This document shows, piece after piece, positions 63,875 to 64,000 of a DNA stretch of 64,000 bases. The translations under genes and the position numbers were made by a program. Origin of the DNA: Octopus bimaculoides (taxonomy: Eukaryota); contig NC_068986.1 of assembly GCF_001194135.2 (NCBI RefSeq), positions 72,609,484-72,673,483 on the forward strand. Reading direction: 5' to 3'. A model generated the notes under the pieces. It was not told the origin of the DNA. It did no database searches and saw nothing but the letters and a program-made list of their open reading frames with translations. The first letter of the stretch is position 1, and the number at the start of each line of letters is the position of its first letter.

Positions 63875-64000
63875 GTATGTTTATTACAGTTTGCCATCAA
63901 TTCTAAGAAAGTTTTTAGTATTTTTCTTGCCTGAGTTCTAATCAGTTCAAAAGTTTTTTATCTTTTTGTAGTTCCCATATTGTTTTTCTATATCTCACAT

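Overview
AT-rich eukaryotic genomic DNA with three N gaps and many (TA)n, (CA)n and (TATG)n microsatellites. The SINE/LINE landscape looks like that of an octopod cephalopod, probably Octopus; this is inferred from remembered repeat motifs, not from a search. There is no prokaryotic content and no CRISPR array. The one host gene I can support is a + strand unc-76/FEZ-family (fasciculation and elongation protein zeta) kinesin adaptor. Four coding exons (18532-18863, 39924-40032, 55915-56067, 63763-63874) splice with GT-AG ends and matching phases into 235 uninterrupted codons, and the gene continues past the window. The ORF track shows only exon 1. The rest is decayed mobile DNA: several RTE-clade LINE fragments, a Hero-like non-LTR retrotransposon relic, two near-full-length mariners, two DD37D (maT-like) fragments, a composite DD36E Tc1 structure, tRNA-derived SINEs, MITE-like foldbacks and degenerate tandem arrays. 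I found no strongly supported novel system. The best candidates for follow-up are: (i) a DD36E Tc1 composite built from two left ends; (ii) a near-identical inverted LINE module on both sides of the symmetric, stop-free 153-nt exon 3; (iii) a 32-bp degenerate array with three nested insertions, including a ~390-bp RTE-derived mini-element; (iv) a variant minimal hammerhead-like motif in a Penelope-like end; and (v) hairpin tandem arrays in RTE 3' UTRs.
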